Below are positions 11,020 to 20,000 of a stretch of DNA of 20,000 nucleotides, piece by piece; within the stretch, counting starts at the first letter, position 1; every line of letters begins with the position of its first letter. The translations under genes and the position numbers were made by a program. Below the pieces are notes generated by a model, which worked only from the letters and a program-made list of their open reading frames with translations, ran no database searches and was not told where the DNA came from. This stretch comes from Thraustochytrium aureum (lineage: Eukaryota): positions 225,674-245,673 of the forward strand of contig BLSG01000421.1 of assembly GCA_012862495.1 (NCBI GenBank). The letters are read 5' to 3'.

Positions 11020-12168
11020 GAACCCGACGCAGAGGTGGAGGACCCCTCTGCCTTTGCTAGCCTCGATTCGTCTCCGTAATCGTCTACAACACGTTGGATG
11101 ATGCCGCGCCTCTGGGGCATCCTCAAGGTGCTGCAGCGCCTCGGCGTCGGGCTTTCCTACAAAAAGTCACCGCGGTCGCGCATGATCCCCGGCGCCCTGC
11201 TGGCCTCCCTCGATGACCTGCAGCTCCTCGAGTCCGCGGCCGATATCCCAGACGTCATCGTCCTCTGCGAGCTGTTCTGCGACAAGGCTGGGCCGCGCGT
11301 CAGGGCAGGGCTCAAGCGCAAGATGGGCTTGCTCTTCGAGACCCCCGTTGGAGGCTCTGGCCCGATCGTTGAGACGCACGCGATCTCCAACAGCGGCGTG
11401 GTTGTGCTTTCCCGGTACCCGATTATCGCCACCGCTGCGAGCGTCTACAAAAACGACTGGGCCAGGGACGATGGCCTTGCCAACAAAAGTGCGGTGTTTG
11501 CGCGCGTGCTCAAGGCGGGGCGCCCGGTCAACGTGTTTGCCACACACCTGCAGGCCTGGGAGTACAAGTCTGCCGTGCGGGCGAGGGAAGGGCAAATGCT
11601 GCACATGCGCCGCTTTGCGCAAAGGCTGCGCCTGCCCGGGAGCGAGCCAGTAATCTACGCAGGCGATCTCAATGTGTGCCGTGTGCGGAGTGGGGACCAG
11701 TACGACCGGATGCTCGGCATTTTGGGCGCCAAGGACACGCACCACGTCGACCCCGCGACCATGCGGATTGGCAGGCAGCTGATATCCCTCCAAGAGAAGC
11801 GCAAGGCCAACTATTACGAGGCCTTCCACGGGAATGGAATGACCGCAGTGGAGCCAGACCAGGACATCAAGCGCGAGACGCTCGAGGAAGACGAGCGCCT
11901 CTATCGGCTGTTTTCCTTCAACTCGACCAGCAATACGCTTGCCATGGGCGGGCCGTCCTCGGGGGACGCTTGCGCGCTCCTCGACTACGCGCTCTACTCG
12001 GTTCACCACCGGGAGCCAAAGTACTCTGCCACCACGGTGCTGTCCAACATCAGGGGCGACGCGCCGTTCCGCTATGGCGGCAAGAGCCACGTCGACCTGA
12101 GCGACCACTACCCTGTGATTACGCGCTTCACGTTTGAGTACGACGTTCCGCGCGGCGCAGAGCTCTGA
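11020..12168 (+). CDS. EEP-superfamily phosphodiesterase, sphingomyelinase C / neutral sphingomyelinase-like
   Basis: Motifs in order: SVIVYNT-W (one frame off, indel near 11094), DVIVLCELF, NSGVVVLSRYPI, DGLANKSAVF, FATHLQAW, IYAGDLNV, LLDYAL, LSDHYPV. Stop TGA at 12166-12168. Confidence 0.9.
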
Positions 12169-12331
12169 AGTGGCTCGAATTCCTCCTTGGCGCAGAGCTC
12201 TGAACTGGCTCGAATTCCTCCTTGGCGCACAGCTCCAAAGTGGCTCGAATTCTTTCTCGGCGCTCAGCTCCGAAGTGGCTCGACCTTTTTCTCGGCGCAC
12301 AGCTCTAAAGTGGCTCGAATTCTTTCTTGGC
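12154..12331. repeat. Minisatellite of 5 head-to-tail 35-bp units
   Basis: Units start at 12154, 12189, 12224, 12259 and 12294. Unit 1 is GGCGCAGAGCTCTGAAGTGGCTCGAATTCCTCCTT; the others differ by substitutions only. No spacers. Confidence 0.95.
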
Positions 12332-12441
12332 TTGGTCAAGATCGAGGACGACGATGTGAACACTACCGGTACGGGCTACCAACACGATGTTTTCTGCTTT
12401 TCCCTCTATGTATTTACACCTCTCATTCCCACCCAGGCGCG

Positions 12442-13778
12442 TCAGAGGTCCGCGTAGAAGGCGGCAGCTTTGCGCCGCTTGGGGTCCAGCAGCTCCGCCC
12501 TGCCTTTCGTTTTCCAGCAGGTCGTTTGCTCGACGCGGTCTTGCCGTCCGAGTCGTCGTCCGAGCTGTCATCCGAGTCGTCGTCCGAGGCTGCCTTGCTC
12601 TTGACCTCGGCACCTGACCCACTTGATCCTGCCGCTGCGCTCGCCTTTGCGTTGCCGTTCGCTGCCACGTCCTCCGGGAGCGCCTCCTCCTCGGCCTTGG
12701 CATCGCCGACCTCCTCCTCCTCCTGGTCCGCCTCGTCTTCCTCGTCGTCGCTGTCCTCGAGCAAGATTGAGGCGTCGTGGAAACGGACTTTGGCGTCTTG
12801 CGAGACGCATGCAATTGCGCGCTGGCCAAGAGTCCAGGCCATGCGCTCGATGGGGAACTTGCTCTGGTCCCCAACGACACCGAGAAGCTTGAAGGGAAAG
12901 GCCTGGACCACGCGGATAAGGCCGTCCCCGCACCCCGTGCAGAGCGTCATATCGTCAACCTTGAGCATCGCCGACACGCTTTCCGGGTGGCCTGGGAACC
13001 GGTCGGAAATGTCCTCCCACTTGTCCCAGCTCCAGACGTCAACGATGCCGCCCAGCGTCCCAACGACCAGCTTTGAGCCACGCCGGATGACCTGCATGCA
13101 GAGCAACTCGTCTTCCTGCTCGTCAGAGACCGTTTTCAGCTTGGCCCTCCGCATACCCATCCGGAGATCGTACACGGCGAGCGTGCCGTCGCCGGCGGTG
13201 CAAAACAGCGTCGACTTTTCCGCGAAACACAGCATCTCGGAGATGTAGTCGCTCTGGTCGCTCGCCGTGCAGACCGCCTCGCCCGGCGTTCTCACGTCCC
13301 AGAGCTTGACCGTGCCGTCGTCGTCGCCCGAGGCGACGACCTGATTGCTCAGCCAGCGAATCGAGCTGACGCCCTCCTCGTGCGCCTTCACCTGTGCCCA
13401 GGTCTCCTCTCCGTTCGCATTGAGCACTCTGATCGCGCCCTTCGAGTGCGCCGCAGCAAGCAAGCTCCCCTCCTCGGCGCCAGCGTGCTCGTCCACGTCA
13501 GCTCCGCAGTAGACAAGTCTGCGACAAGCGCCAGTGTCTTCCGAGATGCCCTCGATTGTCGCAAGAAGGCGCTGCTCGCGCGTTCCACTTTTGCTGTAGT
13601 CCCACAGCTCAACCAGTCCGGAAACCAGTCCGCAGGCCGCCACGGTGCGCGACGGGTGCATGCTGAGGCCCATCACGGCGCTTTCGCAAGTGAGCGCCTT
13701 CGGCTTTGGCGCCACCACCTCGTCCGGGCCCACTTTTCCATCCTTCGAGGCCGACTCCTGGGCGCCCGTCGAAGCCAT
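12442..13778 (-). CDS. WDR55: WD40-repeat protein WDR55/JIP5 (nucleolar, rRNA biogenesis); frameshift near 12499
   Basis: VASGDDDGTVKLWDVR, DQSDYISEM, AGDGTLAVYDLR, SDEQEDELLC, GSKLVVGT, DISDRFPGHPESV and TGCGDGLIRVV, followed by an acidic tail. One extra G at 12498-12500 gives the ending AELLDPKRRKAAAFYADL* (TGA 12444-12442), matching the F(F/Y)xDL terminus typical of the family. Confidence 0.85.
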
Positions 13779-14098
13779 TCGCCAACCCAAGACCTGCAAG
13801 ATGTCCTCGAGCGCCTGCCTCACTGCCAGACTGCCAGCCTCTGGCCTGCGGGANNNNNNNNNNNNNNNNNNNNNNNNNNNNNNNNNNNNNNNNNNNNNNN
13901 NNNNNNNNNNNNNNNNNNNNNNNNNNNNNNNNNNNNNNNNNNNNNNNNNNNNNNNNNNNNNNNNNNNNNNNNNNNNNNNNNNNNNNNNNNNNNNNNNNNN
14001 NNNNNNNNNNNNNNNNNNNNNNNNNNNNNNNNNNNNNNNNNNNNNNNNNNNNNNNNNNNNNNNNNNNNNNNNNNNNNNNNNNNNNNNNNNNNNNNNNN

Positions 14099-15011
14099 CG
14101 CCACGCTCGACTTCGGAAAGCGCCAACTCGACGCTGTCAAACGAGGCCGCCTGCACGCTGGGGCCGAGGCACTCTCTGAAGCGGGCCTGCACAGCAGCAG
14201 CCGGTGCAACTATGGCGACGCGGGCCCGCGCCATGAATACTGGTGTGAAACCCGAAAAGGCATCGGGGTCAGGGCGGTCAAACCAAAACCCGGCCCCCGG
14301 CATCGCTCCGGGGAGCCAGTCCCCGCACTCCGTGATGCGGACTGAAACCGAGGGCTCGCCCCCTGCTGGCGTTGCGGCTCGCTCCACGAGTTCGAGCGTA
14401 TCGAAACCCGAGACGAGTTTGCCGAAGATGACGTGCTTGCCGTCGAGTTGGGGCGCCGGTCCCAGTGTCAGAAACCACTGGCTTGAGTTGCTGTTCTTGC
14501 CGCTGTTGCCCATGGAAAGCACGCCGCGGCGGTCGTGCTTGAGCGCAAGACCGCCTTTCTCGTCCTTGAACTTGCGGCCGCTAAACACCGATTCGCCTCC
14601 GGTCCCGTTGCCAAACACGAAATCGCCCGTCTGGGCGCAAAACCCTGCAATGACGCGATGAAACTTGCAGCCGCGGTACGTCATGGCGGCCTCCTTTTCT
14701 TTGCCGCGGCACAGCCGGAGGAAGTTTTCGCACGCCAGCGGGGCCACGTCGCAGAACAACTGGACAACGAGCCGGCTTTGAGCGCGCGTCTGCGTGATCC
14801 TGCCGCGACTTGCCCAGTCGTGATCGCTCGCGTAAAAGTCGTCGACGCGCGGGCGCTCCGAGCCGCCGAGCTTGCGCACGTCGTTCGAGGTGAACCCGTA
14901 CTTGATGGACGCAGCGTGGACGAACTCTGCGGCGCGCGCGTGCCTGGCGCGCTCTTCGTCCACGTCCACGTCCACGTAGGCGTAGGCCATCTTGCCCTCC
15001 GCGCTGGCCAT
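14099..15011 (-). CDS. Cyclophilin-type peptidyl-prolyl isomerase with N- and C-terminal extensions; 3' end lies in the gap
   Basis: ATG at 15011 (MASAEGK). Core motifs APLACENFLRLC, YRGCKFHRVIAGFCAQTGDF, GTGGESVF, FKDE, LKHDRRGVLSMGNSGKNSNSSQWFLT, LDGKHVIFGK and ITECG. Confidence 0.92.
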
Positions 15012-15142
15012 CGCTTGTAGGCGCGCCGGGCTCTGTGCGAGCGAAGCGTTTGCGCGGGCGACAGGAGCACCGACCAACAAGACGTGCCTTCCGTGCCGAG
15101 CGCTGGATGGAGGAATGCCAGGGGTCTCCTCGTAACCGCAGA

Positions 15143-15216
15143 CAGGCAGCAGGCAGGGGCAAGCACGCTGGCAGGCAGGCAGACTGGCTGGCTGGCTGGC
15201 TGACTGGCTGGCTGGC
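15143..15216. repeat. (GGCA)n/(GGCT)n microsatellite upstream of the cyclophilin gene
   Basis: caggcagcaggcagg...ggcaggcaggcagactggctggctggctggctgactggctggctggc. Confidence 0.8.
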
Positions 15217-15491
15217 AAGGAGGGCCGCTCCGCCTCTGGAGCGCTGGTTGTTGCGCGCGGGGAGACCGGTCAAGTCAAGCCTGTGTGGATTTAGCATATG
15301 AGCCAAGCCAGCTTCTCGCTCGGAAAGAGCCGCGCTGGCCTGCGCTGCGGCCCAGGCGCTCGCCAGCGAGCAGCGCCAACAGGGCATGTGCATTCGGGCT
15401 CTGCTTATTCTCTAAAAACTGGAGTTGAGTTGGAGCCGCGGACGTGCACCAAACTCACTGGCGCACAACCGCGAAGCTGGTCGCTGTGGCT

Positions 15492-18400
15492 CTATGGCCC
15501 CGGGGCGCTCAACCCCGTGAGGCAGGCTTTATCCTGGAACACGCAGCGCCCTCGGGGCTTGGCTCGACCACACTTGCGCTTGTTCGAAAGTCGCGCGCAA
15601 AACGCTGCTTCTGCCTCGTACTCGTCACGCGACACAGGAGACAGAGTGGGCTGCGGGGTCGGCGGCGGCGGGGCCAGCGGCACGCACTTTTTGCGATTCA
15701 GCTTGCAGAGGCCGCGGGATTTCGCTTTGCAGGTTTTGCGCGCGATTCCCGAGCAATATGCGCTGAGGTCATCATACTCCAGCGGACTCGCAGTCGGCTG
15801 TACTGTCGGCGCGCCGGAGACGCTCGTTGCGGTCGGTGAGGCAGTTGGGACGGGCGAGGGGGCCTTCGCCACGCAATCGTCGATTCCCACGAGCTCGTGG
15901 TCGGGCANNNNNNNNNNNNNNNNNNNNNNNNNNNNNNNNNNNNNNNNNNNNNNNNNNNNNNNNNNNNNNNNNNNNNNNNNNNNNNNNNNNNNNNNNNNNN
16001 NNNNNNNNNNNNNNNNNNNNNNNNNNNNNNNNNNNNNNNNNNNNNNNNNNNNNNNNNNNNNNNNNNNNNNNNNNNNNNNNNNNNNNNNTGCCTCCCCACA
16101 TGATGGGCGGGAGGCGGACACCCTCGTAGTCAAAGTAGTGGAGGCCGAGGTCTTGGAGCGAAAAGTCGATGGTCGAGGTTCGCTGCGGCACGATTCGGAC
16201 GAAGAGCAGGTTGGCATCAGAGTCCCAGTAGAACAGGTCGCCCCGACCTTGGCGTACCGCCGCCGCCGAAGTCGCAGCGGTGAACTCGTGTACGCAGTTG
16301 TGCCATCGGGAGTCGCACCAGGACGCGGCGTGATAGGTGACGGTAAAACTCGTGCCCGCAGGGTACGGCATGGCCACCATGACGATGTCCTGCTCGTCGA
16401 TCTGCATGCGCTGAAAGGTAGCGACGCGAGGCGATCCCTTGTCGAGCAGCACCAGCCACGCGAGCCCGTTGGTGGGACCCGTTATGGTCGGGTTTGCGGT
16501 TAACGGGATCCCGTCTTCGCGCGCAGTGCCGAGGTGCGTGACTCGGCCGAGCTCCGGGCACGGCGGCGGGTTTTGCCCCATGTTGCCGCAAATCGCGCCG
16601 CTCTCCATGCTGTGTAAGAGATCCGTATCGTGCACAAGCTCAAGCATCCCGACGCTGCGCTTGTTGCCGCTGCGGGGCGACGTCTTCGGGCAAGTGAACC
16701 AGCCGCCGGGCTGCTCGACGCAGGCGCGGTCAAACCTCCACCACAAATAACCCCCACGGCTATTTCCGATGATCGTCGGCTCGCCTGTCCCGAACGTGGT
16801 TCCGTCCGTGTCGTACCAGCTTGTGAGCCACCCGCTGACGGACACGCGGTCCGAGACCGTGGGCCTGTAGACCATGGACAGATCGCAGTTTTCGTAGCGC
16901 ACGTTCCGAGTACCCTGAATGAAGCCAGGGACGTACCGGTCCGAATGCGTGAGCGACTCCCAGATTGGCGCGCCACGGTCTGCTGACCCGCAGTTGCGAA
17001 ATGTAACGTCCGTCAAAGCGTGGTATTGGCTCGTGTCATACCACTGGAATCCGATGTACGCACCCTCGTGCCACCGGCGGTCCATCCAGGTGGACCCGGT
17101 GATTTCCGGGACGAAGCCCGTCCGGCAGACGCTTAGAAATCGCGTCAAATAGTGCGTCCCAATGATGCCTGCCCCGCGCTGCGTGTCGTGGGCTTCGAGG
17201 CCGCGAATCTCGCCGCGCTGGCCCCAGTTGTTGACGCCCCAGTTAGCCAGGAACACCTTGGTGTTGTTCATCACCAGCGGGCACTCGTCGAACTCGCCTC
17301 GGCCGTCGGGGCACAGCGTCTCCATGTTGAACACGGAGCGGCCTGGGTTGTACCGGAGCCTGCCCCCGTCTGTGGCCACGTGTTCCAAGAGGCCGCCGAC
17401 GTAGATGCATCCAGCCATGCCCCACCAGTACCCGCTGCTGTGGCACGAGTTGCCCTCAAACTCGAGGAACGGCCGCTGCATTGGTTGAAGCCCGTAGCCG
17501 CGGTCCACGGCCCGGTGCAACTGAATCGGGAGAGGAAGCTTGACGATTGCGAATCCGCTGTACCCGCCGCTCGCGGCGTTTCCGCGAAACCTGTTGTACG
17601 GATTGGTGATGTAAAACCCACTCGCCGTCGTATCGGCCGGGTTGCGGAGGTCGTCACGCTCCATCACGGGGTCGATGAACTGGGCCCACCCGAATACGGG
17701 ATACTCCATGAAGTGCACGTGCGCAGCCAGGTTGAATAGAAACGAGTTGCCCTCCTCGATGCCGTCTTCCAAGTAAAAGCAGTGCCCAATCGCGTCGAAC
17801 GCCACGTTGCCCTCCACCAACGCGCCGTTCGTGCCGTGGACGGTGACGCAGCGGTAGAACGACCTGTGCACACTAGAGTCGCGGATGTACGAGCGGCTGC
17901 CACCGTCCGCCACCATGTGCAAGTGGAACGGGTACCGGGCGAGGACGTTGGTCTGCCCCATGCGGAACAGTTCAACGCCAGAGACCCGGGCCGTGATGCC
18001 TGGGCCCCGCGCGATGATGTGCCCCCCATACCCGTTCAAGTGCTTGCCCGGGCACGGGTATGACGAGAAGCGCGCGTCCGAGCACACGTCGTTGCTCGTG
18101 TCGCTAGGCTCCGAGGCGGCGTCGCCCCGAATTACGACGGTGCGGCTTAGAAGGCCCACTTCGCCCTGGTAGTTGTTGGACGCATGGTGCGTGAACTGGA
18201 GAGGCGCGGTGAGCTGGACGCGCGAAAAGTCGCCCGCGACCGTCACGGCGGCGATTTGGCGGACCTCGTTCCGGTGCCAGTCTCGGCTGTCCTTGATCTC
18301 TGTGCCCACGACGACTAGGCTCTGCCCTGGCTGCCAGTTGACGCGGTGCATTAGATAGATCACTGAAGCTCCGCTCTGTGCCGTTGCGGCGAGCCGGGTC

Positions 18401-19023
18401 CACGTCGGGTGGAAGAGCGCGCCGTAGCGCGTCGAACACCCCTTCGCCCGACACGTCGATGCCCTTGTACGACGCCGGCACTGCAGAGCCCTGGCCGGGC
18501 CGGGCGCCGTGCAGCGTAATTACCACCTTGCTCCGCAGACGGCAAGTGGGTGACCCGATCGAGAGCTTGCCTTTCACGATAATACCGTTCGTGTTGAGCT
18601 CAATATCGTGGTCGTTGAAGATGAGCTCGCTCGAGGCTGGGACCTCGATGGTGCCGTAGACCCCGCTCAGCAGCGAGCAGTGGCTCACAAGCACGCGGAT
18701 TCCCGCTGGAAGGATCACGTCGTGGCTGGTGCTAGGCACTACGTTCCCGGGCCATGTTGCTGGGTCGTGCCAATGCGCCAGGCCCTCATCCAGGTGTGGG
18801 CATTCGCTTCTATCTTGCCACCCCGTCGGCGGCCCTGCTGCGGCATGCTGCAGCGTGATCACCTCTGTGGCGGTCTCGCGGCTCACCAGTCCCGATGTTG
18901 GGAAGGATCCAGACACGGGATAGTCGGGCAGGGGTGACGGTGCGACGCTCGGGACAGGTCGCCGCAGTCTGTGCAGCCGCAAGGGGCGACCCACGCGATG
19001 AGCGTTCTGATTGCAGCCGTCAT
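15492..19023 (-). CDS. Secreted G8-domain / parallel beta-helix protein (TMEM2/CEMIP/fibrocystin-like) with a PT-rich, Cys-rich C-terminal tail; spans one gap; indels near 18985, 18952 and 18426
   Basis: G8 motifs WHDPATWPGNVVP and IIVKGKLSIGSPTC...ITLHG. After a +1 shift: HPTWTRLAATA, GEVGLLSRTVVIRGD, GVELFRMGQTNVLARYPFHLHM, RCVTVHGT, GHCFYLEDGIE and SGFYITNPYN. ATG at 19023 begins a signal-peptide-like MTAAIRTLIAWVALAAA after indel correction. Assigning the tail beyond the gap (15492-15907) to this gene is an inference. Confidence 0.88.
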
Positions 19024-19089
19024 CGCGTTTCAAGGCGCACGTTGCGTTTCGTTCCCTTGTGCACTTCAGTGAACGGAAACAACAGCTAG

Positions 19090-19431
19090 CTAGCTAGAGC
19101 TCTCCGGAGCAGCTCGGTGCTCGTTGGCCGGCAAGGGCGGCGTTGTGGGTCTGGGGTTGCGGCGCCGCCAGATGCAGGTCTTGGAAAGTGCCAACCGTGT
19201 GTTCTCCATCTCGATGGTCGTCCCGTGGACGTGGAGGATGTGGCGGGCCACATTGGCGGTCCGCCTCCCGCTGATCCGATAAACCAATTTTCGCGTGTTC
19301 TTGTAGGGAAACAGTATGGATTTAATCAGGTTGTCACTATACCAGACCTCGTGCATGAGGTCGCGGTAGGCCAGTTTTTGGCGCTTGTGGCGACACAGGG
19401 TTTTGAGTTGGTGGCGACGCGGCGCGGAGCG
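19090..19431 (-). CDS. Probable terminal exon of an unknown basic protein
   Basis: Open frame HQLKTLCRHKRQKLAYRDLMHEVWYSDNLIKSILFPYKNTRKLVYRISG... with frequent G/C third positions. No upstream ATG, but it is preceded on the minus strand by a CTGAT branch-like motif and a ...CCGTTGCAG acceptor at about 19432. Confidence 0.45.
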   Translation of the reverse strand, partial: RSAPRRHQLKTLCRHKRQKLAYRDLMHEVWYSDNLIKSILFPYKNTRKLVYRISGRRTANVARHILHVHGTTIEMENTRLALSKTCIWRRRNPRPTTPPLPANEHRAAPESSS

Positions 19432-20000
19432 CTGCAACGGCTTGCTGAGGAGCGAATCAGCGACCCACAGCGAGAGCTTTCAGGCGTTGGCGAGGCCTTG
19501 AGAGCCCAAGCGAGCTAGATCTGAGTTCTGCTGGCTGATCGTTCTCGTTCACCCGCCGCGCCGAGTGAGTACGTACTTCAGCACAACTCAACTTGAGATG
19601 GCCGAAACGGTTTCGCAACGGTGATCCGAGCCAAGTCGGATCTTCCTTGCGAACGAATGCCGCAGCCGTCGTCGATCCTCGCCGCCGCCATCTCGCGCCT
19701 GGCAGAGCAGCTGCAGCTCAGCCGCCCTTGCACAAGCAAGCCTCGGCCCTGCCTTCACCGGCCGGGCCGGGCCGCCCATATGCGCCGGGGTGCAGTCAAC
19801 CAGCTAGGCCAAGTTGATCGCAATTGGCCCGACAAAGCAATCACCAGCCCAGTGCATCCAACGCCCAGCGCCAGAAAGCACAGCCGCAAGGCCATAAAGC
19901 GGAGCGGCATTGCTGGATGCCAAGCCTGCCGTCGCGGCGGCCCACCGCGGCACGCGAGGGCGGCCCAGATCCATCGATTCTAGGTCTTTCTTGTCCATCA

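Larger units (their letters stand above)
623..16088. other. Seven assembly or masking gaps: 623-1169, 2949-3741, 5184-5786, 8602-9065, 10506-11019, 13854-14098, 15908-16088
   Basis: Runs of N. Gap sizes are probably approximate, because the G8 reading frame differs on the two sides of the last gap. Confidence 0.99.

Noticed and set aside
12154..12331. CRISPR array (35-bp, partly palindromic repeats)
   Set aside because: Units are head-to-tail with no unique spacers, there are no cas genes, and the context is eukaryotic.
11167..13248. Long antisense ORFs (11167-12363 minus, 12187-13248 plus) and stop-codon read-through of the EEP gene
   Set aside because: These are shadow ORFs expected opposite GC-rich genes. 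They have no motifs, and the EEP domain is already complete at SDHYPV...F.
3742..13778. Ribosome-biogenesis gene cluster (AFG2-type ATPase plus WDR55)
   Set aside because: Only two genes, separated by unrelated genes, so chance proximity is sufficient.
15012..15218. N-terminal extension of the cyclophilin in the ORF track
   Set aside because: It starts at a non-ATG codon and translates a microsatellite. ATG 15011 is the more plausible start.
1980..18430. Calling the frameshifted genes pseudogenes or programmed frameshift sites
   Set aside because: Catalytic motifs are intact, there is no nonsense decay, shift directions are mixed and there is no common slippery heptamer. Sequencing error is more parsimonious.

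Overview
GC-rich, very gene-dense eukaryotic (protist-like) DNA with seven N-gaps totalling about 3.3 kb. The gene content and PT-rich linkers suggest a stramenopile such as a labyrinthulomycete, but this is an inference. Recognisable genes in order: (+) a 42-aa TPR-repeat protein with an N-terminal WCxxEL (TIR/HET-like) domain; (-) a two-ring AAA+ ATPase of the AFG2/SPATA5L1 type; (+) a spermidine-synthase-like SAM-dependent methyltransferase-fold protein; (+) an EEP phosphodiesterase resembling bacterial sphingomyelinase C, probably with a long N-terminal extension; a 5 x 35-bp minisatellite that contains its stop codon; (-) WDR55/JIP5; (-) a cyclophilin that may run in frame into WDR55; (-) a secreted G8/parallel beta-helix protein (TMEM2/CEMIP-like) with a PT-rich, Cys-module tail; (-) a probable terminal exon of an unknown gene. 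Almost every gene carries a 1-nt indel, about 10 in total and in both directions, most simply explained as consensus errors. There is no CRISPR array, RNA gene or clear mobile element.
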